Assembly (NCBI GenBank): GCA_963732695.1
Contig: CAVTAP010000012.1
Coordinates: 95,601-159,600 of the forward strand
Direction: 5' to 3'
DNA from: an uncultured Actinomycetota bacterium
Lineage (GTDB): Bacteria; Actinomycetota; Acidimicrobiia; Acidimicrobiales; SZUA-35
DNA length: 64,000 nt
The notes under the pieces were generated by a model, which saw only the letters and a list, made by a program, of their open reading frames with translations, ran no database searches and had not been told where the DNA came from. Of this stretch, positions 38,801 through 47,919 are shown in pieces. The stretch's first letter is position 1. The number at the start of each line of letters is the position of its first letter. The position numbers and the translations under genes were made by a program.

Positions 38801-39291
38801 GCGAGATCGACCTGATCGTGTCGCTGGCCCTGGCCATGCTGCAGCGGGGGTCGGTGGCCGAGGCGGCCAGCCAGCTCCGCTGGGTGCAGGACGCCTCGGC
38901 CGGCACCGTCGGCTACTTCGCCGACTCCGTGGGGGCCATGGTGGCGGCGGCCCAGGGCCGGCTCGACGAGGCCGAGCGCCTGGCCGGGCGCACCCTGGCC
39001 GGCACGTCCACCTACCTGGACCGGATCTACGCCCTGTTGACCCGGGCCGGGCTCCGCACCCGGGCCGGCGACGAGGCGGGCCGCAACGGGGCCCTGGCCG
39101 ACGCCCGGGCCATGGTGGAGCGCACCGACGACCAGCCCACCCGGCTCCTGATCGACCTGGTGGCCGCCCTCTACGGCTCGGGATCGCTGGTGGACGCCGA
39201 TCAGGCCATGCGTGACGGCGGCATGGACCCCGCCGGCTGGACCACCGCCTGGAGCCTCATCGCCCGCCCCGCCACCCCCAGCTCCGCCTGA
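35803..39291 (+). CDS. Zinc-ribbon + class III adenylate cyclase + AAA ATPase + TPR protein
   Basis: CASC..CSHCG; FADIVGFT, KVLGDG, GDVMNSAQRL; GEAGMGKT; GNPLFLEE; helical C-terminus. Confidence 0.93.
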   Translation: MMSCASCGRPVALDARFCSHCGAPQAATTEERRIVTVLFADIVGFTSLAEGMDPEDVKHLVDRAFERLARDIRAFGGAVDKVLGDGIIALFGAPIAHEDDAERAVRAGLRMQETIASLNDAGPRIRMRIGLNTGEVLVGTTTAGGDYTAMGDVMNSAQRLQTLAEPGQTLVGAATRNATGDAIAYLPAGEMTARGRERPIEAWVAVEALRPPGLHRQRGVAFVGRRHELAMLEAQARLAVDGSRAQLAIVVGEAGMGKTRLASEAAHAMELTFGAEVIEGRCLPYGEANVWWPIADLIRQLFDIPPDADIDAGEDILRPALAARLDAASARDLDRTATALLHALGYDTPLRGGDRNRNRSEVKLAFTTVLETDLVHSPVVMVLSDMHWAAAAVWELVDHLLTELARHRLMVVATSRGGGDDELAPRGRRYGLSVIQLGPLDDLSAAALLAEMGLEIAPNAVADLVDRGAGNPLFLEELAGLVAKRGLAPLTWADTDPEDLPATLRGIIAARLDELDPGERSLLEDASVLGRTGAVEALVTLAHEMRGSDDVLADLNRLVEKDLLDLDGTRYRFRSDLVRDVVYGRLTKTTRALQHFGIAQYLEKSQGPMVRNSVAVAIAEHYRAAAQLSAEVALVPGIDRVDVVSRALNWLDQAGERALIAGEPRQAARWYDSGVALATDDAGLACFVYGRAKARTEMHDIAGARADLDRLEALSDIDPVTAAKALLVRGDVDRKAGDLDLAAARLREAADRLAAFNVTDQQSLALRLLGMTEMVRAHDALARQALESSRAVALAAGDRRGEAWALQTLAWHAFRLGRVGEARALVEQAIDIFNEIDDQGGIVWAQGVLAWVAFHTGAWDEAQLLVDTVLPETRRRGDPWTEGIMLNLDAALHLWSGRAQMAQNLAQEARDVADRLDDSTLGVQARALQGRAMVALGRIEDGTEVLLEAYSLADVADDSESRRRAVSSNCASAARLGEPERAIRWAARFESLHEDPGVVGEIDLIVSLALAMLQRGSVAEAASQLRWVQDASAGTVGYFADSVGAMVAAAQGRLDEAERLAGRTLAGTSTYLDRIYALLTRAGLRTRAGDEAGRNGALADARAMVERTDDQPTRLLIDLVAALYGSGSLVDADQAMRDGGMDPAGWTTAWSLIARPATPSSA

Positions 39292-39321
39292 CCGTCCGTC
39301 AGCGGCCCTCGGCCGGACGCG

Positions 39322-39355
39322 CCGGTGGCGGCCGCCCGAAGGCAACCGCCACCGG
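39322..39355 (-). terminator. Hairpin with C(UUCG)G loop between convergent genes
   Basis: ccggtggcgg / ccgccaccgg arms. Confidence 0.55.
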
Positions 39356-39373
39356 TGACGAGACGAGAGCTGC

Positions 39374-40009
39374 CTACAGGTTGGGCTGCTTGGTGATCCG
39401 CAGGTAGGGCTTCTTCTTCTCGAAGCCGGCAGGAAACAGCTTGGTGGCCTCTTCGTCGGACAGGGCCGGCACCACGATCACGTCGTCGCCGTGCTTCCAG
39501 TTCACCGGCGTGGCCACCTTGTAGCCGTCGGTGAGCTGCAGCGAGTCGAGCACCCGGAGGATCTCGTCGAAGTTGCGCCCGGTGGACGCCGGGTAGGTGA
39601 TCGTGAGGCGGACCTTGTCGTTGGGGTCGATCACGAACACCGACCGCACCGTGAGGGTGTCGTTGGCGTTGGGGTGGATCATGTCGTAGAGGGTGGCGAC
39701 GTTGCGGTCGGTGTCGCCGATGATCGGGAAGTTGACCGCCTGCCCCTGGGTCTCCTCGATGTCACCCACCCAGTTCTTGTGGTCGGCCACCGAGTCGACG
39801 CTGAGGGCCAGCACCTTGGCGTTGCGCTTGGCGAACTCGTCCTTCAGCTTGGCCGTGTAGCCGAGCTCGGTGGTGCACACCGGGGTGAAGTCCTTGGGGT
39901 GGGAGAACAGCACGGCCCACGACCCGCTTTTCCAGTCGTGGAACGAGATCTCCCCTTCGGTGGTGTCAGCGGTGAAATCGGGAGCGATGTCTCCCAGCCG
40001 GAGAGCCAT
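39374..40009 (-). CDS. 1-Cys peroxiredoxin (Prx6)
   Basis: FSHPKDFTPVCTTE, YPASTGRNFDE. Confidence 0.95.
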   Translation of the reverse strand: MALRLGDIAPDFTADTTEGEISFHDWKSGSWAVLFSHPKDFTPVCTTELGYTAKLKDEFAKRNAKVLALSVDSVADHKNWVGDIEETQGQAVNFPIIGDTDRNVATLYDMIHPNANDTLTVRSVFVIDPNDKVRLTITYPASTGRNFDEILRVLDSLQLTDGYKVATPVNWKHGDDVIVVPALSDEEATKLFPAGFEKKKPYLRITKQPNL

Positions 40010-40062
40010 GGGTGCGCCTTTCGTCGAGCCTACGGCTCCAGTTGTACCCGATCCAGACACGA

Positions 40063-40087
40063 AAACCCAACTAACCTGGTCGGGTTT
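40063..40087. promoter_or_regulatory. Imperfect 11-3-11 palindrome upstream of peroxiredoxin
   Basis: aaacccaacta-acc-tggtcgggttt. Confidence 0.45.
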
Positions 40088-40121
40088 ATCGGCTATGGCC
40101 TGAGCAGGGCAGGCCCCGAGG

Positions 40122-40655
40122 CTAGGGCCGCGTGGTCGGTGTGACCTGCTCCACCGTCACCGGCACGCTCGCCGGGGGAGCCGGGATCAGCAGCTGCTGG
40201 CCGGGCTTGAGCGTGTTGGGGTCCGAGATCCCGTTGGCCGCCGCCAGCGACCGGGTGGAGATCCCGAACTTGGAGGCGATGCCCGACAGGGTGTCGCCGT
40301 CTTCCACCACATAGGCGGTGGCGCCGGCCGACGCCGGATTCAGCCCGACCGGGTTCGACCCGGCCGGCCCCACCACGGCCGGCGGCTGCGACAGGGGCGT
40401 GGTGGTGGACCCCGCCGGCGCCGCCCCGGCGCCGGCGCCGGTGGGGGCCAGAGCGCCGGGCGCGGTGGAGACCACGGCGTCGGGGCTGGTGATCGACACC
40501 CCGGCGATCGACGGGTCGGCGCTGGGATCACCCAGTGCATCGGGCGGGGCCGACCGGCCGCAGCCGGTGAGGACCAGACCGAGACCCAGGGCGACACCCA
40601 GGGCAGGCGTCAGTGCCTGGTGACGTCGTGACGACAAGAATCGCGCTGCTCGCAT
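40122..40655 (-). CDS. LysM domain lipoprotein
   Basis: Lipobox LTGC; YVVEDGDTLSGIA..N.I..P..L..GQ.L.IP. Confidence 0.88.
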   Translation of the reverse strand: MRAARFLSSRRHQALTPALGVALGLGLVLTGCGRSAPPDALGDPSADPSIAGVSITSPDAVVSTAPGALAPTGAGAGAAPAGSTTTPLSQPPAVVGPAGSNPVGLNPASAGATAYVVEDGDTLSGIASKFGISTRSLAAANGISDPNTLKPGQQLLIPAPPASVPVTVEQVTPTTRP

Positions 40656-40771
40656 CGTTAGGGGAACCTCCGAACCGCGTCCGAGTATGGCTCAACCACC
40701 ACCCCGGCCTGAGGGATCCCCAGCGCTACTGCCCAGCGGTCACTGTACCCCCGCCGGGGCGACAGCGGAGA

Positions 40772-41914
40772 TCACTTGCGGCGGGACCGGTCGCGCGACC
40801 GGCGGTTGGGGCGCACCTGGTCCCGCACATCCTCCGCCTCGGCCCGGGCCCGGGCCTCGGTGCGGCGGACCCGGTCCTCGATCTGGTCGTCCTGGATGAC
40901 CAGCTCCACCAGCAGATCCCGGTAGTGCTCCAGCCGCCGCAGGGGGATCAGCCCCCGGGCCACCGCCGCCCGCACCGCGCACCCCGGCTCCTGCTGGTGC
41001 TCGCAGTCGGCGAAGCGGCAGGTGGCCCCCTCCCGGTCGATCTCGGGGAACGCCTTGGCCAGGCCGTCGTGGGCCTGCCACAGCCCGATCTCCCGCACCC
41101 CCGGGGTGTCGATCATCAGCCGCCCGTCGGGTAGGGGGATCAGGTCCCGGGTCACGGTGGTGTGGCGCCCCTTGTGGTCGCCGGCCCGCACCTCCCCCGT
41201 ACGCTGCACCTGCCCGTTCGACAACCGGTTGACGAGGGTCGACTTGCCGATGCCGGACACGCCGAGCAGGGCCATCGTGTGGCCGGGGGGTACCAGGTCC
41301 CGCAGCCGGCCCAGGTTGTGGTCGGTCACCACCGACAGCGGCAGCACCTCCACTCCCTCGGCCACCCCGGCCAGCTCGGCCGCCGCCGCCTCCGGGTCGT
41401 CCACGGCGTCGGCCTTGGTCAGCACCACCACCGGCCGGGCGCCGGACTGCCAGGCCACCACGAGCTGGCGTTCCAGGCGCCGCAGGTTCAGCTCCCGGTC
41501 GAGCCCGTGCATCACCAGCACCACGTCGATGTTGGCCGCCAGCACCTGGGGCTCGGGGAGGCGGCCCGGCGCCCGCCGGCACAGCGCCGTGGTCCGTTCG
41601 GCCAGGGCCACCAGGATCGGGCCGTCCCGGGGGTCGAGGCGGACCAGGACGAAGTCGCCGGTGGCGGGGGCGTCGCCCAGCCCGGTGCGCCCGGTGCCCG
41701 ACGCCGCCAGGAGGGCGTCGCCCCCGGTGAACACGAGCGAGAAGCCCCGGTTGACCCGGGCCAGCCGCCCCTTCACCAGTGGACCCTCGCCGCCCTCGGC
41801 CAGGGCCGGGCCCACCTCCTCGGCCCACCGGTCGAGTCGCTCGGTCCATCCCAGCGAGGCCAGGGTGGGGGTGAGCTGGGCCAGGTCGTCGAGGGCGGGG
41901 GCGCCGGAGGCCAC
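40772..41914 (-). CDS. rsgA: Ribosome small subunit-dependent GTPase A
   Basis: TKAD, GVSGIGKST, GRHTT, DTPG, CRFADC.H..EPGC. Confidence 0.93.
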   Translation of the reverse strand: MASGAPALDDLAQLTPTLASLGWTERLDRWAEEVGPALAEGGEGPLVKGRLARVNRGFSLVFTGGDALLAASGTGRTGLGDAPATGDFVLVRLDPRDGPILVALAERTTALCRRAPGRLPEPQVLAANIDVVLVMHGLDRELNLRRLERQLVVAWQSGARPVVVLTKADAVDDPEAAAAELAGVAEGVEVLPLSVVTDHNLGRLRDLVPPGHTMALLGVSGIGKSTLVNRLSNGQVQRTGEVRAGDHKGRHTTVTRDLIPLPDGRLMIDTPGVREIGLWQAHDGLAKAFPEIDREGATCRFADCEHQQEPGCAVRAAVARGLIPLRRLEHYRDLLVELVIQDDQIEDRVRRTEARARAEAEDVRDQVRPNRRSRDRSRRK

Positions 41915-41917
41915 TGG

Positions 41918-44149
41918 TCAGCCCACCGGCCCGGCGCCGGGGGTCACAGCCAGGGTCTCGTCGAGGAAGGCGAGCTGGAGCCGGAGCAGGTTCTCGGCCA
42001 CCGCCACCTGGGGGGTCATGTGGGTGACGCCCGACAGGGGCAGCACCCGGTGGGGGTAGCCCCGGGACAGCAGGGCGGTGCTGAACCGCAGGGTATGGGC
42101 CGCCACCACGTTGTCGTCGGCCAGACCGTGGATGAGCAGCAGGGGCCGGGTGAGGGGGGCCAGCTCCAGCCCGTCGGCACCGGCTCCGCCGTCCTCGGTC
42201 TCCCACCACAGATTGCTGCGCCGGTAGTGCTCGGGGTGCTCGGCCGGATGGCCCAGGTAGCGCTCGGTGTAGTGGGTGTCGTAGAGGCGCCAGTCGGTCA
42301 CCGGCGCCCCGGCCACGGCGCTGTGGAACCGGTCGGGCCGGCGCAGCAGGGCCAGCGCCGCCAGGTACCCGCCGAACGACCAGCCCCGGATCGCCACCCG
42401 GCCGGCGTCGAGGAACGGGTGGCGATCCAGCACGGCGTCGAGGGCGGCCAGCTGGTCGTCGAGCACGGGGCCGGCCAGGTCGCCCCGCACCGCCCGTTCC
42501 CAGGCCGGGCCCCGGCCCGGCGTGCCCCGACCGTCGGTCACCACCACGGCGTAGCCGTGCTCGGCGAACCAGCGGGACACCAGGTGGGGGTTGTGGTTCT
42601 TCAGCACCCGCTGGGCGTGGGGGCCGCCGTAGGGGTCGAGCAGGACCGGCAGGGGCGACGAGCCGTCGTGGCCCGACGGCAGGAACACGGCGCTGGGCAG
42701 CTGATCGGGCCCCAGGCGGCAGAACAGGGGGGCGGCGGCGAAGCCGGCCTGCACCCCGTGGTCGGTGATCGAAGCCACGGGATCGCCCGGCAGCAGGCTG
42801 CCGGGGCCGCCCAGGCGGTGGACCGTGATCCGGGGCGGACCCGGCTCGGGGCCGGCGGCGGTGAGCACCACCGTGGCCCCGTCGACCACGGCCCCGTGCA
42901 CGCCGGCTCCGGTGGTCAGCAGCTCCAGGGACCCCGCCGGGCCGCCGGCCGGGCCGGCGAGCGGCACGAGGCCGACCTGGATCTCGCCCGGCTCGTCGCC
43001 CACGGTGAGCGACACCGCCGCCGCCTGGCGCCCGCCGGGCCGGTCGACGAGCCCCAGCAATGAGCGGATCTGGTGGCCGTCGCCGGTGAGGGGGGTGCCG
43101 TCGAGCACGAGCCGGCGGGCCGCTCCCTGATCCTCCACCGTGAGCAGCCCGGCGTCGCACCACCGGGGCGACCCGGCCACCAGCTCCACCCAGATCCCGT
43201 CGGTGATCGCCCGTCGCTCGGTGAGGGCCCCGGTGGCGGGGTCGAGCTCGGCGATCGACACCGTGCGCTGATCCCGGGTCTGGCGCACCACCAGCGGCGG
43301 CCGGTCGTCGGCCCACACCACGTCGGCCAGGTACTCGTAGCGCCCGAACTCGCTCCACTGGATCTTCTCGTGCGACCCGTCGAGCTGCACCAGCTCGAGG
43401 CTGACGGCGGCATTGAGGGCGCCGGCCGCCGGGTAGCGAACGGCCTGGGGCTCCCGGGCCGGATGGGCCGGGTCGCCGATCCACCACACCGGCACCGTGT
43501 TCTCGTCGACCCGGGCCACCAGCAGGCTGCGGCCGTCGGGGGCCCACCAGTAGCCGGCCTGGCGTTGCATCTCCTCGGCCGCCACGAACTCGGCCCGGCC
43601 GAAGCTCACCAGGGGATCGGGGTGGGAGCGCAGCACCCGATCGGTCCCCTCGCCGAGCTCCGCCACCCGGAGATCACCGCCGTCCACGTAGGCCACGGCC
43701 GTGCCGGGCCCGTTGAGGCGGGGGTCGTACACCGAGCCCGCCACGTCGGGAGCGGTCACCGCCCCCGAGGCCACGTCGACCACGAACAGAGCGCCGGCCA
43801 GGGCGAAACAGGCCCGGGCCCCGGCGTCGTCGGTGGCGTAGGCCACGATGCCCGACGCGCTCTCCCGGGCCCGTTCCCGCCGGGCCCGCTCCGCCGGGGG
43901 CAGGCTGGCCGAGGGGTCGAACAGGGCCGCCGGGTCCACCACCAGGCGTTCCTGCCCGCCGGCCAGATCGAGCTCCCACAGGCACAGCACCGGGTCGTCG
44001 GACGCCTTGGACCGGCAGAACAGCACCCGGCTGCCGCCTCCCACCACCCGCAGGTTGCGGGCGGTCCCGAGGGTGAAGCGGGCGGTGCGGGCATAACGGG
44101 CCGGAAAATCGGCCAGCTCGGGCGAGAGCGCAGAGGCGGGCGTGGTCAC
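41918..44149 (-). CDS. S9 family (dipeptidyl peptidase IV-like) peptidase
   Basis: YGGP, GWSFGG, HGLADDNV, C-terminal His; start approximate. Confidence 0.92.
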   Translation of the reverse strand: MTTPASALSPELADFPARYARTARFTLGTARNLRVVGGGSRVLFCRSKASDDPVLCLWELDLAGGQERLVVDPAALFDPSASLPPAERARRERARESASGIVAYATDDAGARACFALAGALFVVDVASGAVTAPDVAGSVYDPRLNGPGTAVAYVDGGDLRVAELGEGTDRVLRSHPDPLVSFGRAEFVAAEEMQRQAGYWWAPDGRSLLVARVDENTVPVWWIGDPAHPAREPQAVRYPAAGALNAAVSLELVQLDGSHEKIQWSEFGRYEYLADVVWADDRPPLVVRQTRDQRTVSIAELDPATGALTERRAITDGIWVELVAGSPRWCDAGLLTVEDQGAARRLVLDGTPLTGDGHQIRSLLGLVDRPGGRQAAAVSLTVGDEPGEIQVGLVPLAGPAGGPAGSLELLTTGAGVHGAVVDGATVVLTAAGPEPGPPRITVHRLGGPGSLLPGDPVASITDHGVQAGFAAAPLFCRLGPDQLPSAVFLPSGHDGSSPLPVLLDPYGGPHAQRVLKNHNPHLVSRWFAEHGYAVVVTDGRGTPGRGPAWERAVRGDLAGPVLDDQLAALDAVLDRHPFLDAGRVAIRGWSFGGYLAALALLRRPDRFHSAVAGAPVTDWRLYDTHYTERYLGHPAEHPEHYRRSNLWWETEDGGAGADGLELAPLTRPLLLIHGLADDNVVAAHTLRFSTALLSRGYPHRVLPLSGVTHMTPQVAVAENLLRLQLAFLDETLAVTPGAGPVG

Positions 44150-44267
44150 CCGTCTTACCGTAAACCCAACCCCGCTCGATAGCATGCGCTGACGTGCGCC
44201 GTGGCAACGGTTCCGGGACACTTGCCCGGGCGCCCGGTAGCCAGGAACAAGACAGGAGCTGACAACG

Positions 44268-44537
44268 ATGGTGAAGGTCTGGATAGACCAGGATCTTTGT
44301 ACGGGCGACGGCCTCTGTGCCGAGATCGCGCCCGACGTCTTCTTCGGTCAGGACGACGGCCTCTACTACGTGAAAGAGGCTCCGGAGAACTTCGGTGCCG
44401 AGAAGCTCTACGACGGCAAGGCCAACCCGGCCGGCGCCGAGGGCATGGCCCGGGTCCCCGAGGACGGCCTCGACCGCGTGATCGAGGCCGCCGAGGAATG
44501 TCCCGGCGAATGCATCTTCATCGACGTCGAGGAGTGA
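44268..44537 (+). CDS. Single-cluster ferredoxin
   Basis: CTGDGLC...CPGECI; AGGAG RBS. Confidence 0.93.
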   Translation: MVKVWIDQDLCTGDGLCAEIAPDVFFGQDDGLYYVKEAPENFGAEKLYDGKANPAGAEGMARVPEDGLDRVIEAAEECPGECIFIDVEE

Positions 44538-44599
44538 TCAACCCCGGTTGATCCGGCTGGCCCTGGCGGCCGGCAGAAAACAGATCGAAAAGCACCAGG

Positions 44600-44623
44600 G
44601 AGCTGAGCCGAAGGGCTCAGCTC
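44600..44623. terminator. Perfect 10-bp hairpin downstream of ferredoxin
   Basis: gagctgagcc-gaag-ggctcagctc. Confidence 0.45.
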
Positions 44624-44650
44624 TCGTCGTTCCGGGCCGACGGTGGCCGG

Positions 44651-45664
44651 GTGCGTGTTGCTGCTGCGTTCCCACCCCTGGTGCTCGTCTCCGGTCTGGG
44701 CCTGATGGCCTGGCAGTGGGGCGCGGTGTCGGGCGCCTACACCCACCCCTCCGCCCCCGCCGCCGACGTCCAGCTCACCGGGATCGACCTGGCCGTCGAG
44801 ACCACGCCGGTCGGCCCGTCGCCCTTCCTGGTCACCCCGGCCCCCGACACCAGGGCCCAGTCGCTCGACCTGGTCTACGAGCCGCCGGCGGCCCCCGAGG
44901 CCAAGCCCACCATCACCGGGGGCCGGGCCACGCTGAGCGGCTCCGTGACCCTCCCCACCGGCCCCGCCGCCGGGGCCACCATCCGCCTCGAGCGCCACAC
45001 CGCCGACGGCGTGGCCATGGCCGACGTGACCGCCGGGCCCGACGGCACGTGGAAGGCGGGCGGCATCCAGGGCGGCCGCTACCGGGTGCGGGCCTGGCTC
45101 AAGGGCCAGGCCACGATGACCGGCTCCACCGTCTTCTTCCTCGGCGGCGACGAGCGCCGCCCCCTCGACTTCGCCCTCGACCCGGTCGACACCACCCCGA
45201 AGATGTCGTTCTCCAAGAAGGGCGACATCTTCCTCGGCGGTAGCGGCACGGTGGCGGTGTCGATGAAGGTTCGCTCGGTCGACGACGACGGCGTGGCCGT
45301 CACCAACGGTCTGGCCGGCGCGATCATCACCCTCACCCCCACCGGCTCGGCCACGCTCGGCGCCGGCACCGCCGCACCGGTGCCGGGGGCGTCGGCCACG
45401 GCCACCGCCGACGGCGACGGGGTGGCCCGCTTCGTCCTCACCTGCAACACGCTCGGCACCACCACCGCCGTGATCACCCACCAGGATCAGCGGGCCACGG
45501 TGGACCTGCCGGCCTGCATCCCGGTGCCGCCTCCCCCCACCACCGTGCCCGATCCGGCCGCCGCGCCCCCGGTCAACCCGGCCGCCATCGGGGCCAGCTC
45601 GTCGCCCACGCCCACCACCGTGCCCGCCGGCGCCCGCCCCGGTTCGGGAGGCACCCGTGGCTGA
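44651..45664 (+). CDS. Exported protein with carboxypeptidase-regulatory-like/Ig-like domains
   Basis: N-terminal TM; LSGSVT..AGATI..DG.W...GRY.V; overlaps PBP start. Confidence 0.7.
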   Translation: MRVAAAFPPLVLVSGLGLMAWQWGAVSGAYTHPSAPAADVQLTGIDLAVETTPVGPSPFLVTPAPDTRAQSLDLVYEPPAAPEAKPTITGGRATLSGSVTLPTGPAAGATIRLERHTADGVAMADVTAGPDGTWKAGGIQGGRYRVRAWLKGQATMTGSTVFFLGGDERRPLDFALDPVDTTPKMSFSKKGDIFLGGSGTVAVSMKVRSVDDDGVAVTNGLAGAIITLTPTGSATLGAGTAAPVPGASATATADGDGVARFVLTCNTLGTTTAVITHQDQRATVDLPACIPVPPPPTTVPDPAAAPPVNPAAIGASSSPTPTTVPAGARPGSGGTRG

Positions 45665-47918
45665 GCGGATCACCTGGACCGACCGTCTGGCCAACGTCAT
45701 CTCCACCGTCCTGCGGCTCAGCACCGCCACCCTGGTGGCTCTGGTGGTGGTGCCGCCGGCCACCGTGGGCGTGGCCGTGGCCACCCTGATCTACGGGCCG
45801 CTCCCGGCGGGCAAGCTGCCCGACGAGAAGCCGGCCATCACCGCCGAGCCGTCCACCGTGGTGGACGCCAACGGCGACGAGATCGCCGTGTTCCGCCGGT
45901 TCGACCGCACCGTGCCGGTCACCTGGGACGACATCCCGGTGTCGGTCCGCCAGGCCGTGGTGGCCATCGAGGACCAGCGGTTCTGGCAGCACAACGGCAT
46001 CGACTACGAGGGCATCGGGCGGGCCGCCCGCATCAACCTGGCGGTGGGCGAGGTGGCCCAGGGCGGCTCCACCATCACCCAGCAGTACGTGAAGAACGTC
46101 TACCTGTCACGCGAGCAGACGATCGAGCGCAAGGTGGAGGAGGCGCTGCTGGCCATCGAGGTGGAGAAGCGGATGACCAAGGAGGACATCCTCCTCGGGT
46201 ACCTCACCTCGTCCTACTTCGGCGACGGCGCCTACGGGATCGGGGCGGCGGCCGAGGTGTACTTCGGCAAGCCGGTCAGCCAGCTCGACCTGTCCGAGTC
46301 GGCCCTGCTGGCCGGCCTGGTGCAGGCCCCCACCCGCCTGTCGCCCCGCAACGACCTCGACGCCGCCGAGAGCCGCCGGGTCATGGTGCTGCAGGCCATG
46401 TTGGACCAGGGGTACATCACCCTCGACCAGTTCCAGACCGAGGCCGCCCGCCGGCTGTGGCCGGCCGACAGCGACACGCCGGCCACCGGCCCCGCCACCC
46501 TGATCGCCCCCCGCCCGGTGAAGGGCGCCATCCGGTTCCCCTACTTCGTCGACTGGGTGGAGAAGACCCTGGTCGACCAGCTGGGGCCCGACCTCGTCTA
46601 CACCGGCGGGCTACGGATCGAGACCACCATCGACCCCCGCCTCCAGGGGGCGGCCGAGCAGGCCGTGGCCAAGCGCCTGGAGCGCACCGAGTACCCGGTG
46701 GACATGGCGATGGTGTCGCTGGAACCGGGCACCGGCCACGTGCTGGCCATGGTGGGTGGGCGCGACTACGCCTTCAGCCAGGTCAACCTGGCCACCGGCG
46801 GCACCACCGGGTTCCAGCCGGGCTCGTCGTTCAAGCCGTTCGTGCTGGCCACCGCCCTGTCGCAGGGCGTCAGCCCCGACACCCGGTATCCGGCCCCCGG
46901 CACCTGGCGGGTGCCCGGCTGCCAGGGCGACTGCACGATCTCCAACTACGACGGCGCCGGCCACGGCAACATCCCCCTGCGGGAGGCCATGCGGGCGTCG
47001 GTCAACACCGTGTTCGCCAAGCTGGTGGTGGACGTGGGCGTGGACAACACGGTGGCCATGGCCCGCAGCCTCGGCCTCGAGCGGCTCGACCCCAACCACA
47101 ACTACGGGGCCTCGCTGGCCCTGGGGGCAGCCGAGACGTCGCCCCTGGAGATGGCGTCGGCCTACGGCACGTTCGCCAACCGGGGCGTGCGGGCCGCGCC
47201 AACCGGCGTGCTCAAGGTGATCGACCGGGACGGCAACGTGATCGTCGACAACACCCACCCCACCGGCACCCCGGTGCTGGACCAGAAGGTGGCCGACAAC
47301 GTGACCGACGTGCTCACCGGCGTGGTGGAGCGGGGCACGGGCAAGACGGCCCGCCTCGAGGGCCGCCCGGTGGCGGGCAAGACGGGCACGGCCCAGAGCT
47401 ACCGGGCCGCCTGGTTCGTGGGCTACACGCCCCAGGTGGCCACTGCGGTGTGGATGGGCCACGCCGACGGGCAGCACTCGCTCACCGGCGTCAACGGGGT
47501 GCGGGTGGTCACCGGCGGCACCCATCCGGCCATCGCCTGGCACGACTACATGGCCGTGGCCATGGAGGGCAGGGAGGTGATGGCCTTCCCCGTGCCGGAG
47601 AAGATCACGCCGCCCCCCAAGACCAAGAAGACGAAGAAGAACAACGCCGCCACCCCCGCTCCGGAGTCCGGCGCCTCCGGCACCGGAGGGGGCATCACCA
47701 CCGAGCCGGAGCCGAACGAGATCGGGGACCGCCAGAAGCCGGGGGTGCTGGCCGACAACTGCGGTGGCAAGGCGTGCCAGCGCCAGGGGGTACCCGACGT
47801 GCCGTCGCTACCCGAACCCGAGGTGCCGGTGACCCTGCCGCCGGCCTCCGCCGCCGCCGGTCTGGCCCCGGCCGGCCCCACATCCGCAACCACCACCAAC
47901 CCGACCCGGGGGAGATGA
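45657..47918 (+). CDS. Class A penicillin-binding protein (transglycosylase/transpeptidase)
   Basis: EDQRF, GGSTITQQ, RKVEE; SSFK, SVN, KTGT. Confidence 0.95.
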   Translation: MAERITWTDRLANVISTVLRLSTATLVALVVVPPATVGVAVATLIYGPLPAGKLPDEKPAITAEPSTVVDANGDEIAVFRRFDRTVPVTWDDIPVSVRQAVVAIEDQRFWQHNGIDYEGIGRAARINLAVGEVAQGGSTITQQYVKNVYLSREQTIERKVEEALLAIEVEKRMTKEDILLGYLTSSYFGDGAYGIGAAAEVYFGKPVSQLDLSESALLAGLVQAPTRLSPRNDLDAAESRRVMVLQAMLDQGYITLDQFQTEAARRLWPADSDTPATGPATLIAPRPVKGAIRFPYFVDWVEKTLVDQLGPDLVYTGGLRIETTIDPRLQGAAEQAVAKRLERTEYPVDMAMVSLEPGTGHVLAMVGGRDYAFSQVNLATGGTTGFQPGSSFKPFVLATALSQGVSPDTRYPAPGTWRVPGCQGDCTISNYDGAGHGNIPLREAMRASVNTVFAKLVVDVGVDNTVAMARSLGLERLDPNHNYGASLALGAAETSPLEMASAYGTFANRGVRAAPTGVLKVIDRDGNVIVDNTHPTGTPVLDQKVADNVTDVLTGVVERGTGKTARLEGRPVAGKTGTAQSYRAAWFVGYTPQVATAVWMGHADGQHSLTGVNGVRVVTGGTHPAIAWHDYMAVAMEGREVMAFPVPEKITPPPKTKKTKKNNAATPAPESGASGTGGGITTEPEPNEIGDRQKPGVLADNCGGKACQRQGVPDVPSLPEPEVPVTLPPASAAAGLAPAGPTSATTTNPTRGR

Positions 47919-47919
47919 G

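Noticed and set aside
35803-39291. Cyclase-STAND-TPR protein as a novel defence system
   Set aside because: Common actinobacterial architecture; no effector or defence genes adjacent.
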